Shown here in pieces: positions 19,647 through 30,069 of a stretch of 64,000 bases of DNA. The position numbers and the translations under genes are program-made. This DNA is from Fibrobacteria bacterium. Its GTDB lineage: Bacteria > Fibrobacterota > Fibrobacteria > UBA11236 > JADFYW01. Within the stretch, counting starts at the first letter, position 1. Every line of letters begins with the position of its first letter. Where the stretch lies: positions 1-64,000 of the forward strand of contig JBNKOC010000016.1 of NCBI GenBank assembly GCA_050294405.1, given 5' to 3'. Under the pieces are notes generated by a model. That model did no database searches and had not been told where the DNA came from. It saw only the letters and a program-made list of their open reading frames with translations.

Positions 19647-21413
19647 CTTTTCCGGGTTGTTTCGGTCCCCATTTTTCCCTAAAAAAACTCCATTTGGGCC
19701 ATAATAGCCATTTTTTTCTGGAAAATGAACTATAGGGTAGCCCGATTGTTTAAAAAGTCTAAACTTTTTGTTCTCCCATATTTGGCTTTTTGGGGCCAGA
19801 TTTGAAAAATCTGGGCCGATGGACAGTGAGCTGGAATCAAGTAGGTTGCAATTGGGAAGCTCTGGATTATCTAATTGGTCTCCGCGACCCACATCCGGGT
19901 TGGAAGGGGGGCGTAAAAAAATGTTGGTTTTAAATATTAGGTGAGAAGCAGTGGTTTTCCTTTCGCATAGAAAGAAGTCAATAGGGTAACTTTTGTTTGG
20001 CTCCAAATTGAGATTATCCAATAAAATTTCACCATGGGCGGCTATGTGGGTGCCACCCAAATCCAATACCAGCTCATTATTGATAAATACCCAAATGTCA
20101 TCGTCTCCCCCCACAATTAATTTTTGATTTGGGTTGTAAGTGAATTCCGCGTGCAATTCCATAGTAAAATGAAAATTGTGCAAACCTCCAGTCGGATCTT
20201 CAATCCATTGCATTTGAAATTCTCCATTTCTAAAAGGCTGGTAATTACTGGAATATGAAGAATAATTTGGGTTTACATTTTCATTTGGAAGATGAGAGTC
20301 AGTATCTAAAGGAAAAAAACTACGGCTAGGCTCGTGTTGAGAGGAGTATTCCCAATAACCATCCCTGGTTTTATGAAGCTGGAATGTTTTACAAAACTGA
20401 TAATTTTTTCGTTGATCATTTTCATTTGTTCCACTTGTATTAAACCAGGTTTGAAACCGAGTTGTCATTACGCCATCGGCCATATCATTAATTCCAGTAT
20501 TTTTTTGAGGCTTGTTGTCCTCACCCAAAGTGGGTAATATCATTCCTGGAATAACATATTGGTTTGAAGTAGAAAATTCAAAATCAGGATGATCGGCACT
20601 AAAATCCCTGGCAGTATAACCAAGAGAAAGTTCGCATAACCCCTTTATACCAGGATAGGTTGTTTTTATTTCAGGAGGTCCCGCTGGCATTTTTGAATTT
20701 GGCTGAGGAGTTGGCTGTACATAAACCGTGTCGGAGCTTGCAAAAATAGAAGTTAAGTCGATTGAATTAGTATCCCCTAAACCTGTAGCTCCATAATATT
20801 CCCCGCTAAATGAATCCTGAAACAAGGCTTGAACTGGATTGCCTGGGTTGATATAGGGAAAATCCAGCCAGCCACAATAGGATGATAACATAGGTTTGTA
20901 AATAGAGTCATTGTAAATAAGCTGAGGGTTTCCTTGCGGCCAGGGGTTTAAAAGGTGAATGATTTTGGAATCGGGAGGGTATACGCTAACGGTAGGAGGA
21001 GCACCTGCATTTGGAATTATCCATAAATCATTACTGGGACTTTCCTCGAACACATCTAGATAGATAAATCCAGTTTGTTCAGTAGGTGCTGTAGTGGTCA
21101 ATCCATCTGCAGCTAAAAACTCATAATCTATATTGGGATTGTAAGAGACGAACCAAAACCCATAGTAATACTCGAGTTCGCTGGCTGTAAAAGTAATATC
21201 AATCCCATACCATCCACCACCCTCGGAAGTCAGAGGGATACCTGGGTAATATCCCGGAGGTCCACCACCTCGCACATGGACTAATTTTCCATTTTCCTCA
21301 CTATTCCAAGGGTCGAGCAAGTGTATAGTGTAAGTTGTTTGCGCATTTAAGTTTGTCCATATGAAAAGACATTGAACAAGCCAAACGAGGTATAATGAAA
21401 TTTTGCCAAACAT
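19644..21413 (-). CDS. Fibro-slime domain protein, short paralog of 15777..19583
   Basis: Same N-terminal HLLDPWxSEENGKLxHVRGGGPPGYYPG and fibro-slime HNFHFTMELHAEFTY...GDDDIWVFIN...DLGGTH. Confidence 0.9.
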   Translation of the reverse strand: MFGKISLYLVWLVQCLFIWTNLNAQTTYTIHLLDPWNSEENGKLVHVRGGGPPGYYPGIPLTSEGGGWYGIDITFTASELEYYYGFWFVSYNPNIDYEFLAADGLTTTAPTEQTGFIYLDVFEESPSNDLWIIPNAGAPPTVSVYPPDSKIIHLLNPWPQGNPQLIYNDSIYKPMLSSYCGWLDFPYINPGNPVQALFQDSFSGEYYGATGLGDTNSIDLTSIFASSDTVYVQPTPQPNSKMPAGPPEIKTTYPGIKGLCELSLGYTARDFSADHPDFEFSTSNQYVIPGMILPTLGEDNKPQKNTGINDMADGVMTTRFQTWFNTSGTNENDQRKNYQFCKTFQLHKTRDGYWEYSSQHEPSRSFFPLDTDSHLPNENVNPNYSSYSSNYQPFRNGEFQMQWIEDPTGGLHNFHFTMELHAEFTYNPNQKLIVGGDDDIWVFINNELVLDLGGTHIAAHGEILLDNLNLEPNKSYPIDFFLCERKTTASHLIFKTNIFLRPPSNPDVGRGDQLDNPELPNCNLLDSSSLSIGPDFSNLAPKSQIWENKKFRLFKQSGYPIVHFPEKNGYYGPNGVFLGKNGDRNNPEK

Positions 21414-21425
21414 GAGTACGAACTA

Positions 21426-21453
21426 AAAGTAGCATTAATTTGACATGAGTTCA
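21426..21453 (-). promoter_or_regulatory. Putative ECF sigma promoter, variant TGAAC-N18-ACTTT
   Basis: Lies 12 nt upstream of ATG 21413; the -10 box is degenerate. Confidence 0.4.
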
Positions 21454-21485
21454 ATTGAAGAAAAAGCGAGCTTTCCAATAATAAC

Positions 21486-21512
21486 AAAAAAAGCCTCGGG
21501 AAACCCCGAGGC
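21486..21512 (-). terminator. Rho-independent terminator of the ABC/OMP/GH51 operon
   Basis: GCCTCGGG-4 nt-CCCGAGGC stem followed by a U7 tract on the minus strand. Confidence 0.8.
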
Positions 21513-21537
21513 CTTAATGCTTTAATTCATTTTGCAG

Positions 21538-24500
21538 TTATTTTTTTAACTGAATGGTAGTAATGGAATAAGGGGCCAAGGTCATTTTGTCCGGAAAGCT
21601 TTTGCTTTCTTTACTAAATCCCTTAATACCGCTATTGGCATCCAGATGCTTAATATCCACTTTCCCGGACATAAAACTTTTATCCAATTTAACGTCTGTC
21701 TTGGTTTTTGGATATTTGTTAATAATTAACATAGCTTTTTGTTTATCATTTTCAGAAATAAAGCAGGGTACATTGTCATCTGAAGTTTTACATTCCATTA
21801 ATTTACCCTGAATAACATCGGCAGTCATTTTAAATGCCCAATAAGATGGCCTGGGAACATTATTTCCGTAGGGGTCGCCAGTACGGGTCAGATAACCATA
21901 ATCCCCGCCTTCCTGGGTGAGATTATTGTGAATATCCCAGTAAGAGGCCTGGTCAATATTGTGTACAGCCAGAGTAGCCAAATATTCAGATACAAACAAA
22001 CCGTTTACAATGGAAATAGTTTGAGGACCTGGGTTAAAATCCACGGAGTTCCATTCTGTGAGCCATATTTTGTAATTCTTTCCAGAAACTCCATATTCCT
22101 TAACCTGATCTTTTACAGAAGGCAAAATCGAATTTAGAGAGCTGGGGGCGGCTAGAAGAGCGAAATCGTTTTCTTCACCGGCGTGCTGCGGGTAATGGTG
22201 CACATTTACACCGTCGGCAATATCCTTAGTGTAATCAAATACCACTTTATTCCATTCGCCTTCCAATACCCATACCACTGTTATTTGAATACTGGGGTCC
22301 ACTGCTTTCATGGCTTTAATGAATTCAGCAGCTCTTTTTCCGTATTCTTCAGCGGTGCAGTGATTGGGATGCCAGTCCCCGTAGAGTTCGTTGCCGATTT
22401 CCCAATACCTTACATTTGCCTTCCGTTTAATGTTTACATGTTCCACCCAAGCGGCGGCTTCTTCTGGAGTTCCTCTGCCAAAGTTTACGGTAATCATTGG
22501 CTCTGTGTTTGTTTTTTTACAGAAATCGAGGAACTCATCTGTATCCACCATAAAATCTTTGGCGTCCAATACTTCTTTCCAATGGTCTTCATCAGCTCTT
22601 AATCCACCAGGATAGCGCAAAACTTTATGGGGAATATCACCTACATAGTCAATGGTTTGTTGCGTCAGCATATCTCCATCCCAAAGGGCCGCATTGATAC
22701 CGAACAGTTCGGGATTAATGGTTTTGGTAATAACATTACCAGCTTTGGCATTAATGCTAACTGAAGTGATTTCTTTGACGGGGGCTCTTTTCACTTCACG
22801 CATATTGGTCAAATATACATTATCAATTTTAAAACTTCCTTTAGTTCCTTCACCAGAGGGCTTAAAGTCAATTTTTACCACATTGTCTAAATCGAATCTT
22901 CCATTTTGAATGGCTTCTGGGGGTTGGTAATAAGGAAATTTATTGAAATCCTTAAAGGGAACAAGTAGCTCATTCCAGCCACGTGTACCGCCAACATTAG
23001 AAACAAAAAGCTCGTCTCCGGAGTCGCTAATTTGAACGGTTATGGCCTGGTAGGGTTTTTCCGTATAAAAGGAAAGCTTTAATCCCCAATGTTTGGTCCA
23101 GTCCCTTTTTTCAGCCGGATAAGAATTGGTTTTGTAATTGTACATTACATCGCACCAATCAGCTAAATGGTAATCAATGCTCAGGGATTTTTTGCCATAC
23201 TTGCTGTCTTTTTCAGCGGCAATAGAATAAGACACTTTGGATTTAGGACCGTTGCCCACTTCCCATTTTTGGTCTTTTGCTGTTTCAAAATCGTGGAGCA
23301 AAATATCTTGAGCATCAGATTGGAATGAAGCCCAATATTCCTCTGCATCCACATAACCTGGAATTTCTTCCATAATAATAACATCATCCACGTAAATTTT
23401 TACAGGAGTGCCATCGGGGACTTTGTTTTCGTAGCGGTTTACGGAAAAGCGGATTTCTTGAATTTTTTTCCAATCCATTTCGCTGGATATTTCGGCTCCT
23501 TTTTCTGCATCCCAGTAAAGGCCTTTAGAGGCGAACTTTTTAATGGGAATCATCATGTAATTCCAAGAGGTGTCAATGGGTCCGAAATCTCCTAAAATCA
23601 TTTTGGTTTGAACTTTATTGCCATCCGATTCATCGTCAATAAGTCCAATAAAAATGTTGCTCACCCCGGGGGCTGCTTTAATCCAAAACCCCAAACCCGC
23701 TTTAGTATTTCTCAAAGGTTCCAGATTCAAAGTACTGCTTCCGCCAATATTCATAGTGACGCCGGAATAATCTTCATTACTCTGATACATGGCCCACACT
23801 TTATTTTTAGAGCCAATGCTGGGTTGAATTACGGAAGCCGTTTTTTTGCCATATGTATACACAAATCCGCCTGCAGGGAAGGCGTCATCAAATAGGGTAT
23901 GCTTAACCTTGACTTTAGGCGCTTCTGACACAGGAGGAGCGGGGATTTCCTCTTTAATATCTTCCCACAATTCCTCTTCAATTATCTCTTTGGCTTCGTA
24001 AACATCCCTCAGGATAAAAATATCATCGGCCCAAACCCTGAATTTATCATTATCCCCTTTTTTAATTTCCATTCGAAATTCTGCAACAGCGTCCCAATCA
24101 AATTTATAAGGTACTTCAACTCTTTTTTTGGGGTCCCAATATACGCCGCGGTTGCCGAAATCAACCAAGGGTATGCTTACAAGTTGCCATTCTGTGGTGA
24201 TTTTGGTGTATTGGCTTAGAGGAAGGCGAACAACTGTTTTTATTCCATCGCGGTTTTCATCGTCTACTAAAGCTATCCAGGCTTTTTCGCCGCCTTGATT
24301 CCCTTTGACCCAAAATTGCAGCGCACCTTTGGAAAGGTAAGCACGCACATCATATAGGAGGTTGTATAAACATACAGAACCACCCGAGTAATCGTCGGCC
24401 TTTAAATCAAATTGAAGGGAGACTTCACTTTCGTGCCCAGACTCTTCCGGAATAAAAACTTTTGATTCATCGGGATATATGTAGGAGTACCCACCTGAAA

Positions 24501-24681
24501 CGAAATCATCGTCAAAAAAACGGTAGACCACTCTGGGGTCTAATGTTTTCTTGTCAGCCTTTGCATCTGCTGTGCCCTCATCCGATAATTGTTTAAGTTG
24601 TATGGAGGAACAGCTGGACAAAAACAAACATAGGGAAGCGGCAATTACTCCAGAGAGTTTTTTTTTATTTAAACTGAACAT
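21538..24681 (-). CDS. Lipoprotein endoglucanase, Fibrobacter CelF/Cel51A-like (two CBM30-like modules + CBM11-like module + clan-A GH51-type catalytic domain)
   Basis: Lipobox LSS-C; two repeated modules (FFDDDF...LQFWVKG...ALVDDE...WQLVSIPL and LFDDAF...LGFWIKA...GLIDDE...WNYMMIPI); LLHDFE...GWNELLVPFKDF module; LRYPGG, WEIGNE (acid/base), WLTEWN (nucleophile). Confidence 0.8.
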   Translation of the reverse strand: MFSLNKKKLSGVIAASLCLFLSSCSSIQLKQLSDEGTADAKADKKTLDPRVVYRFFDDDFVSGGYSYIYPDESKVFIPEESGHESEVSLQFDLKADDYSGGSVCLYNLLYDVRAYLSKGALQFWVKGNQGGEKAWIALVDDENRDGIKTVVRLPLSQYTKITTEWQLVSIPLVDFGNRGVYWDPKKRVEVPYKFDWDAVAEFRMEIKKGDNDKFRVWADDIFILRDVYEAKEIIEEELWEDIKEEIPAPPVSEAPKVKVKHTLFDDAFPAGGFVYTYGKKTASVIQPSIGSKNKVWAMYQSNEDYSGVTMNIGGSSTLNLEPLRNTKAGLGFWIKAAPGVSNIFIGLIDDESDGNKVQTKMILGDFGPIDTSWNYMMIPIKKFASKGLYWDAEKGAEISSEMDWKKIQEIRFSVNRYENKVPDGTPVKIYVDDVIIMEEIPGYVDAEEYWASFQSDAQDILLHDFETAKDQKWEVGNGPKSKVSYSIAAEKDSKYGKKSLSIDYHLADWCDVMYNYKTNSYPAEKRDWTKHWGLKLSFYTEKPYQAITVQISDSGDELFVSNVGGTRGWNELLVPFKDFNKFPYYQPPEAIQNGRFDLDNVVKIDFKPSGEGTKGSFKIDNVYLTNMREVKRAPVKEITSVSINAKAGNVITKTINPELFGINAALWDGDMLTQQTIDYVGDIPHKVLRYPGGLRADEDHWKEVLDAKDFMVDTDEFLDFCKKTNTEPMITVNFGRGTPEEAAAWVEHVNIKRKANVRYWEIGNELYGDWHPNHCTAEEYGKRAAEFIKAMKAVDPSIQITVVWVLEGEWNKVVFDYTKDIADGVNVHHYPQHAGEENDFALLAAPSSLNSILPSVKDQVKEYGVSGKNYKIWLTEWNSVDFNPGPQTISIVNGLFVSEYLATLAVHNIDQASYWDIHNNLTQEGGDYGYLTRTGDPYGNNVPRPSYWAFKMTADVIQGKLMECKTSDDNVPCFISENDKQKAMLIINKYPKTKTDVKLDKSFMSGKVDIKHLDANSGIKGFSKESKSFPDKMTLAPYSITTIQLKK

Positions 24682-24696
24682 GGATACAGTACACCT

Positions 24697-26691
24697 TTAG
24701 AAGTTAACTCTTAATGCAAGGGTTGTGAATAATTGGTGGAAGTCCCGCTCGGGGATTATAGGATTAGCTGGATCGGTAGCGTCTGGAAGTTCCGGTTGGC
24801 TTACACTGTTTTGACCCAGAGAAAACATGGCATAAACTCCAGAAGAAATTTTGTAATCTAAACCAACAGCTAAATTACTTTGACTGAGGGTGGTAGAAAT
24901 GGCTCCCATATCCATGCTGGTTTCAAACATTTGAGCCCCAAATAAAAGGGAAGTACGTTTGAAGAAGGTCCAAAAAAAGTCAGCGTGAATAAGATTAACC
25001 TTTGTAGTTATGGCGGAAATATTGCTTGCTGGGATTCCATCGTTTTTTGCCTGACTTTGTGTGAAGCTTCCGGCAACATACAAAGGTTTTTCCCAACCTA
25101 AGAATTTATCCACATGAACTTTGGCTCCAACGCCAAACTCTGTAAATGTGGAAGCGGGAAATAGGAGGCTATCCATTTCCACACCTTCTACTTCACTCAA
25201 AGAAGCGAACTTTGCAATAGCTTCAATTTTATTTTCAAGTAAACCCAAATTCAATTTTGCCTGAAGTCCAGTGCGGTTAGGTGTGGCTGGGCCAAAGGGC
25301 ATAACCAATTGAACAGAAGGGTCCATTTGTCCGGCTGCTGTCGCCAACTCATCAGGAGTTAATATGGAATTTCTATAACTGTTTTTCTGAAAGGGAGATT
25401 TTGCCCACATATTGGAACGATCGCTGGGGGCAAATTTAAATACATAGTGGTTTAAAGCATCGGAAGTGGAATAGAACTTAGAAGTGTAATCGTGAACAGT
25501 TCCCATATCCTCATCATTTTCAATGTTCATAACAGGTTCCCCTATGAAGGTTGGGGTTTGGGATGCTCCGTTATGGTAATTCAATTCATTTTTCAAATAT
25601 TCGATTTTCAGCATACTGCTTAATATGCCTTCCAGGCTGTACCCGGCGCTTAGGCTTACATTAAGGGCGCTACCGGTTAAAGTGCTTGTGGTCTTTTGCA
25701 CCACAAATTGAGAATCAGCGTCAACTCTGGTTGAGTCGAGGCTTAAAGAAGTACTGTTTACATTTGAAGTTGCCATTTCTGCGTCCAGCTTAGCAGACCA
25801 GGGAACATCTTCCATCCATCTGTTTGCGTCAAGGCCAAAACGAAAACTGTAGATGTTATCATCCTGAACCATGGAATCCGCAGCGCCTTCGCCAGCATAT
25901 GTCCCTAATTTATCAAACATGGACATGAAGGTTCCGCCCAAGGAAACCCCGTTTAAAAAACGGAAATCCGTATTGGCTCCCAATAAATATTTTTCAACGT
26001 CAGACTGTTCCACCGGGGCGGTTACAATGCTTCCGTTAGAAATAGCTGTCTCTACATTTCTTAAACGGGAACCGATTAAATCTAAATGAAATTCGTTTAG
26101 AATTGGATAAATCTCCGCATCAAACTTTAGGTTGGCGCCCTGGAGGATTCTGTCGTTGCCACCCAAAAACTCTTCATCCATGGCTTCTTTTCTGCTTTTG
26201 GAAAAAATGAGGGGTTCGTACATAAAATCCAGTTCAGGAGCATAAAGGGTGAGCGGTGAATATTGGGCTCTGAAATCGCCCACATGGTAACTGGTGTATT
26301 TGAATTTGCCGTCTAAACTTATCCAGCGGGTATGTATAGGGTTTTTAATATCGGAAAAAAAGTTTCTCCAATCCTGGTGCATTCGGAATATTAACCTACC
26401 CTGAGCCGCCGTATTGGGCCTGGCTTTAATATCAAAATCAACAGAAGTGAACTGAACTGTTTCTTCATTGGCCCTTTCCGCATCTACATCCGGGCCTCCT
26501 ATGGAAGCGTGCATATATTGAGAACGGAAAATTCCCCCTAAGCTGATTCCTTCTTTAGCCATAATGGATTCTACTTTATTGGACAGACTGTCATAAGAGT
26601 TTGCCTTATCCATATCTGCTGCTTGGGAAAAGCCAATTCCTCCGAGCGCTAAAAAACCGGAGAGCTTAATTAATCGAGCTATTTTGTTCAT
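24697..26691 (-). CDS. Large outer-membrane beta-barrel protein, unassigned family
   Basis: Signal peptide; many amphipathic strands; C-terminal TLALRVNF BamA-type signature. Confidence 0.75.
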   Translation of the reverse strand: MNKIARLIKLSGFLALGGIGFSQAADMDKANSYDSLSNKVESIMAKEGISLGGIFRSQYMHASIGGPDVDAERANEETVQFTSVDFDIKARPNTAAQGRLIFRMHQDWRNFFSDIKNPIHTRWISLDGKFKYTSYHVGDFRAQYSPLTLYAPELDFMYEPLIFSKSRKEAMDEEFLGGNDRILQGANLKFDAEIYPILNEFHLDLIGSRLRNVETAISNGSIVTAPVEQSDVEKYLLGANTDFRFLNGVSLGGTFMSMFDKLGTYAGEGAADSMVQDDNIYSFRFGLDANRWMEDVPWSAKLDAEMATSNVNSTSLSLDSTRVDADSQFVVQKTTSTLTGSALNVSLSAGYSLEGILSSMLKIEYLKNELNYHNGASQTPTFIGEPVMNIENDEDMGTVHDYTSKFYSTSDALNHYVFKFAPSDRSNMWAKSPFQKNSYRNSILTPDELATAAGQMDPSVQLVMPFGPATPNRTGLQAKLNLGLLENKIEAIAKFASLSEVEGVEMDSLLFPASTFTEFGVGAKVHVDKFLGWEKPLYVAGSFTQSQAKNDGIPASNISAITTKVNLIHADFFWTFFKRTSLLFGAQMFETSMDMGAISTTLSQSNLAVGLDYKISSGVYAMFSLGQNSVSQPELPDATDPANPIIPERDFHQLFTTLALRVNF

Positions 26692-26717
26692 AGATTACCG
26701 TTGTAGAATGAATTAAG

Positions 26718-29063
26718 TTAAAACCAAAATTTAATTTCACCGGAAGCAAAACGCCCCTTCCAGTTATTGTCGGAGTAATTTTTATCTTCATGGCTTATCC
26801 ACTTTAGTCTGCCATGCAATCCCATACGTGCTGCAAAATCCCAATCAAAGCCAATCCCGTAGGCCATATCCACATAATCAATGGGAACCATAGTGGCAGG
26901 AGCATTTCGGCTAATCATGTCGTCTTCAATTTTCATGTAAGCAATTGGAGCTTGCCAATTTTCGTAACCCAGTAAACCTAGAATGTAAAATTTTGGGGTA
27001 ATAGCAATTGCGGGTTCGAAGCGGCTGTATATGGACCATAACATTTGATCTTTCCCGCTGAAAGCCATGGGTGTGAATTCGGTGGAAATACCATTTACGC
27101 AAAGGTATCCACCCAGAAAAAAGTCGTTGGCATATCCAATAAAATCACTTATATCATAAGAGGCGTCTATTGCAAAATTATAGGTCCACTTTACATGGCT
27201 GGGCATGTAGCCTGGGATTCGAAAGAAATTAGAATCCGCAGCCTGGGCTGATTCAAAAGGCACAAAGCCTTCATAAAAAGATAGAAAATCACTGATGTAT
27301 CCCCCCACTTCAAAGCGCGAGGTCATATCTCCTAGCCGTTTCAAATACAAGTCCCCTTTGCTTCCAGTTACGGGATTGTCCAGTGGTCCGTCTACCAGGC
27401 CGTTTCCCCAGCGGGTATAAGATGTATGAAAAACGGAGCTCAAGTCTTGGCCAATTAGGCGATAAGGAAGGTAAAGCATATCGCGGGAGGCCTGAATTTG
27501 CTTGTGCTGGCCATAAATGATTTTTAAATGTCCGTATCCCACTTCTGGTTTAACGGATATTTGGGCTCCCATCATATTTTGGGTGTATGAGGAACCTTCG
27601 CCTCTGGAGATAAACTTACCAGGGCCCACCAAGTTAGAGCCAAAGGGGTAAAATGCATCAAGGGGTGTAGAGAAGGAGAAGGGAGAGTAAAAGCCTGGAG
27701 AAATGTACGCCAAGTCGAGCTCCACAGGAACAAAATAACGGGAGGTTATTTTTGCATATACGGCAGGTGTTAAATCCTGAGTGTTATTGGTATAAACGGG
27801 GTAGTCCCGAAATGTAGTGGTTGTAGTGGAGTCGTCCACCTGAGTGGTTATGGTATCAGTCCCTTCTCCCAAAAAGGTGGTGTCCAGCAAGTTAAAGGCA
27901 ACATCCATATGCAAGGAGAGGCGGGGGTTAATATCCCCTTTGAGATCCACCGAAAGTACATTGTTGTTTTTATAGAAAAGCCGGTCATTTTCTTTGAAAT
28001 AGGAGCTCCTTTTCACATCAGCGATGAATTGGGCGTTGGTAAATACATCTTTCCTGTAACGGATTGCTGCATAATTCAGTCCTACCATCACATTTTTTAA
28101 TCCTGGAATAGGTCGGGGATGACTCAATCTGAAATGTACAAGATGCCTGTAGCTATCGCCGTAGCCCAGGGCCTTTTCAGGGCCGGATTGGTCTGCATAG
28201 GCCACATCATTAGACCAGTCGACGTATTCTTCTTCAAAGTTATCGTAGCGTTCTAAAGTCCCGTATACAAAGTTGAAATACAAGTCCCAGGGAAGGTTGA
28301 TGCTTTCAATCTGAATACCGTTAAAGGGTTTTTTATTCCAGGCAGAACGTCCGGATTTTTCGCCTTTGGCAATGTTGTATTCGTAATAACGGGAAATGGG
28401 TTGTTCAATTTCAAAGGGCAGGTAATCCCAGGCAAAGGTGCGGGGCTGGGTTTTCCAAATGGTTAAAGGGGAGCTTTGGGTCCATAATACATTGCCCATT
28501 TTTAACCAGGCTGAGGCCGGTGTAGATCGGAGAGCTATTCCCGCAGACATATCTTCGTGGATGTTAGCCGTTACATTGGATTTGTCGTGGCGGGTTTGCA
28601 CAGGAGAAAATCCGGTTTCTTCTATATTATCTGCTAAAACCTCAGGGTTTAAATAAATGCCGGGCATGGTGTTTTGAAAGCCGATTTTACTCCACAGAAC
28701 CGTGTTTCTGTTAGGTCGAACCACCATTCCAAGGCGGAACATGGATTCGTTGCCTTCCCAGTTCGCGGCTGTCCAGTTTCGATTTTCTTTAATCAAGAGA
28801 GGGTAATCTGAAAAGCTGTGATCCTGAACTTTTAAACGGGCTTCACCCATAAAAGAAACAGGGCTGCTTCCGCCAAACATTAAGGTGGAACGGACTTTTG
28901 ACTCAAGAAGATCGCCCCCTTCATTAATCAGGGAGTCAAGATGTTCCTGGGAAGGCTCGTTAGAATAACCCTGGGCTGCCAAAAATAGAAGTGGAGCCAA
29001 GTGAACGAATGATAAGATTTTCCCAAATAATTTTATTTCTTTCATGATTTGTTGCCATTCCAA
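26718..29063 (-). CDS. Large outer-membrane beta-barrel protein, unassigned family; likely start ATG 29045
   Basis: Signal peptide after MKEIK; aromatic-rich strands (AYGIGFDWDF, GLHGRLKW); C-terminal SGEIKFWF. Confidence 0.75.
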   Translation of the reverse strand: MEWQQIMKEIKLFGKILSFVHLAPLLFLAAQGYSNEPSQEHLDSLINEGGDLLESKVRSTLMFGGSSPVSFMGEARLKVQDHSFSDYPLLIKENRNWTAANWEGNESMFRLGMVVRPNRNTVLWSKIGFQNTMPGIYLNPEVLADNIEETGFSPVQTRHDKSNVTANIHEDMSAGIALRSTPASAWLKMGNVLWTQSSPLTIWKTQPRTFAWDYLPFEIEQPISRYYEYNIAKGEKSGRSAWNKKPFNGIQIESINLPWDLYFNFVYGTLERYDNFEEEYVDWSNDVAYADQSGPEKALGYGDSYRHLVHFRLSHPRPIPGLKNVMVGLNYAAIRYRKDVFTNAQFIADVKRSSYFKENDRLFYKNNNVLSVDLKGDINPRLSLHMDVAFNLLDTTFLGEGTDTITTQVDDSTTTTTFRDYPVYTNNTQDLTPAVYAKITSRYFVPVELDLAYISPGFYSPFSFSTPLDAFYPFGSNLVGPGKFISRGEGSSYTQNMMGAQISVKPEVGYGHLKIIYGQHKQIQASRDMLYLPYRLIGQDLSSVFHTSYTRWGNGLVDGPLDNPVTGSKGDLYLKRLGDMTSRFEVGGYISDFLSFYEGFVPFESAQAADSNFFRIPGYMPSHVKWTYNFAIDASYDISDFIGYANDFFLGGYLCVNGISTEFTPMAFSGKDQMLWSIYSRFEPAIAITPKFYILGLLGYENWQAPIAYMKIEDDMISRNAPATMVPIDYVDMAYGIGFDWDFAARMGLHGRLKWISHEDKNYSDNNWKGRFASGEIKFWF

Positions 29064-29208
29064 AATTACCCGTTTTATCTACCCAATCCCGTTCAAATGG
29101 GGATGGCTGGCCCTTTGGTCTGTAAAAGAATCAAATAGGGGTTTAGATAGGATTTATGAGAAGATTACAAACTCATCAGGACCAGCCAGATCACTTGGGG
29201 TTTGATCT

Positions 29209-30069
29209 TCACATCTTTAGTGCTGTATTCTCGGGAGTGCGTTCAAAGTTTTTAAATTTTTTTTCAATATCTGGAAGGCTATGCTCTAACCATTTTTTCT
29301 CAAGGGTAGGGATGTCTTCTAAAAGCTTTTCTGTGTAGGGGTGATCGGGTAAAGTGAGGATTTTTTCTGGATCGCCCATCTCTACGAAACTGCCTTTATT
29401 CATTATGGCGACCCTGTCACTCACATGGTAGGCAAGGCCTAAATCATGGGTAATAAAAATCAGGGAAGTGCCCTTTTCTTCTTTAAGTTTCATTAAATAT
29501 TTTAAAATAGAACCGCGGGAGCAGGCGTCTACCATGGAAGTGGGCTCATCGGCCAGTACGACTTCAGGTTCAATTAAAAAAATTCGGGCAATTAAAAGCC
29601 TTTGCATTTGCCCCCCGGATAATTCAAAAGGGTATTTTCCTTCCAGTTTTTCCCAATCCAAATTCACGGCTTGAAGAGCCTCTTTATAGGCTTCTTCCCA
29701 ACTGGATTTGTTAAGAGGTTCTTTTCTCATTTTATTGGAACTAAAAAGCTGTTGTTTTATGGTAAAGAACTGATTGAAAGAGGAAAAAGGGTCCTGAAAA
29801 ATGGCCTGGACATGCTTCCAATACTCCTTTTTGGGAATATTGCTTATGCCATTAAATAATATTTCTCCCTCGGTGGGGGATTCCAGTTTAAGCAACATTC
29901 GGGCAAATGTGGTTTTACCGCTACCGGATTGTCCCACAATGGAAACGGTTTCTCCTTTAGCCAGAGAAAAATTAATATTCTGTACGGCCGTTACCGGCTC
30001 GGGATGCACTGGAAAAACCTTCCAGAGATTTTTGGCTTCTAAAATGGGGCTGTTTTCAGGCATATTCAC
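29209..30069 (-). CDS. ABC transporter ATP-binding subunit (OppF/DppF-type)
   Basis: GQSGSGKT Walker A, IFQDPF, LSGGQMQR signature, LADEPT Walker B, FITHD, HPYT. Confidence 0.95.
   Translation of the reverse strand: MNMPENSPILEAKNLWKVFPVHPEPVTAVQNINFSLAKGETVSIVGQSGSGKTTFARMLLKLESPTEGEILFNGISNIPKKEYWKHVQAIFQDPFSSFNQFFTIKQQLFSSNKMRKEPLNKSSWEEAYKEALQAVNLDWEKLEGKYPFELSGGQMQRLLIARIFLIEPEVVLADEPTSMVDACSRGSILKYLMKLKEEKGTSLIFITHDLGLAYHVSDRVAIMNKGSFVEMGDPEKILTLPDHPYTEKLLEDIPTLEKKWLEHSLPDIEKKFKNFERTPENTALKM

Noticed and set aside
24697..29063. SusC/SusD pair
   Set aside because: Both look like barrels with terminal Phe; no SusD lipobox/TPR and no recognisable TonB plug motifs.
29067..29095. TGAAC on the minus strand upstream of the first OM barrel as an internal ECF promoter
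   Set aside because: No ACYAA-like box at 18-19 nt spacing.
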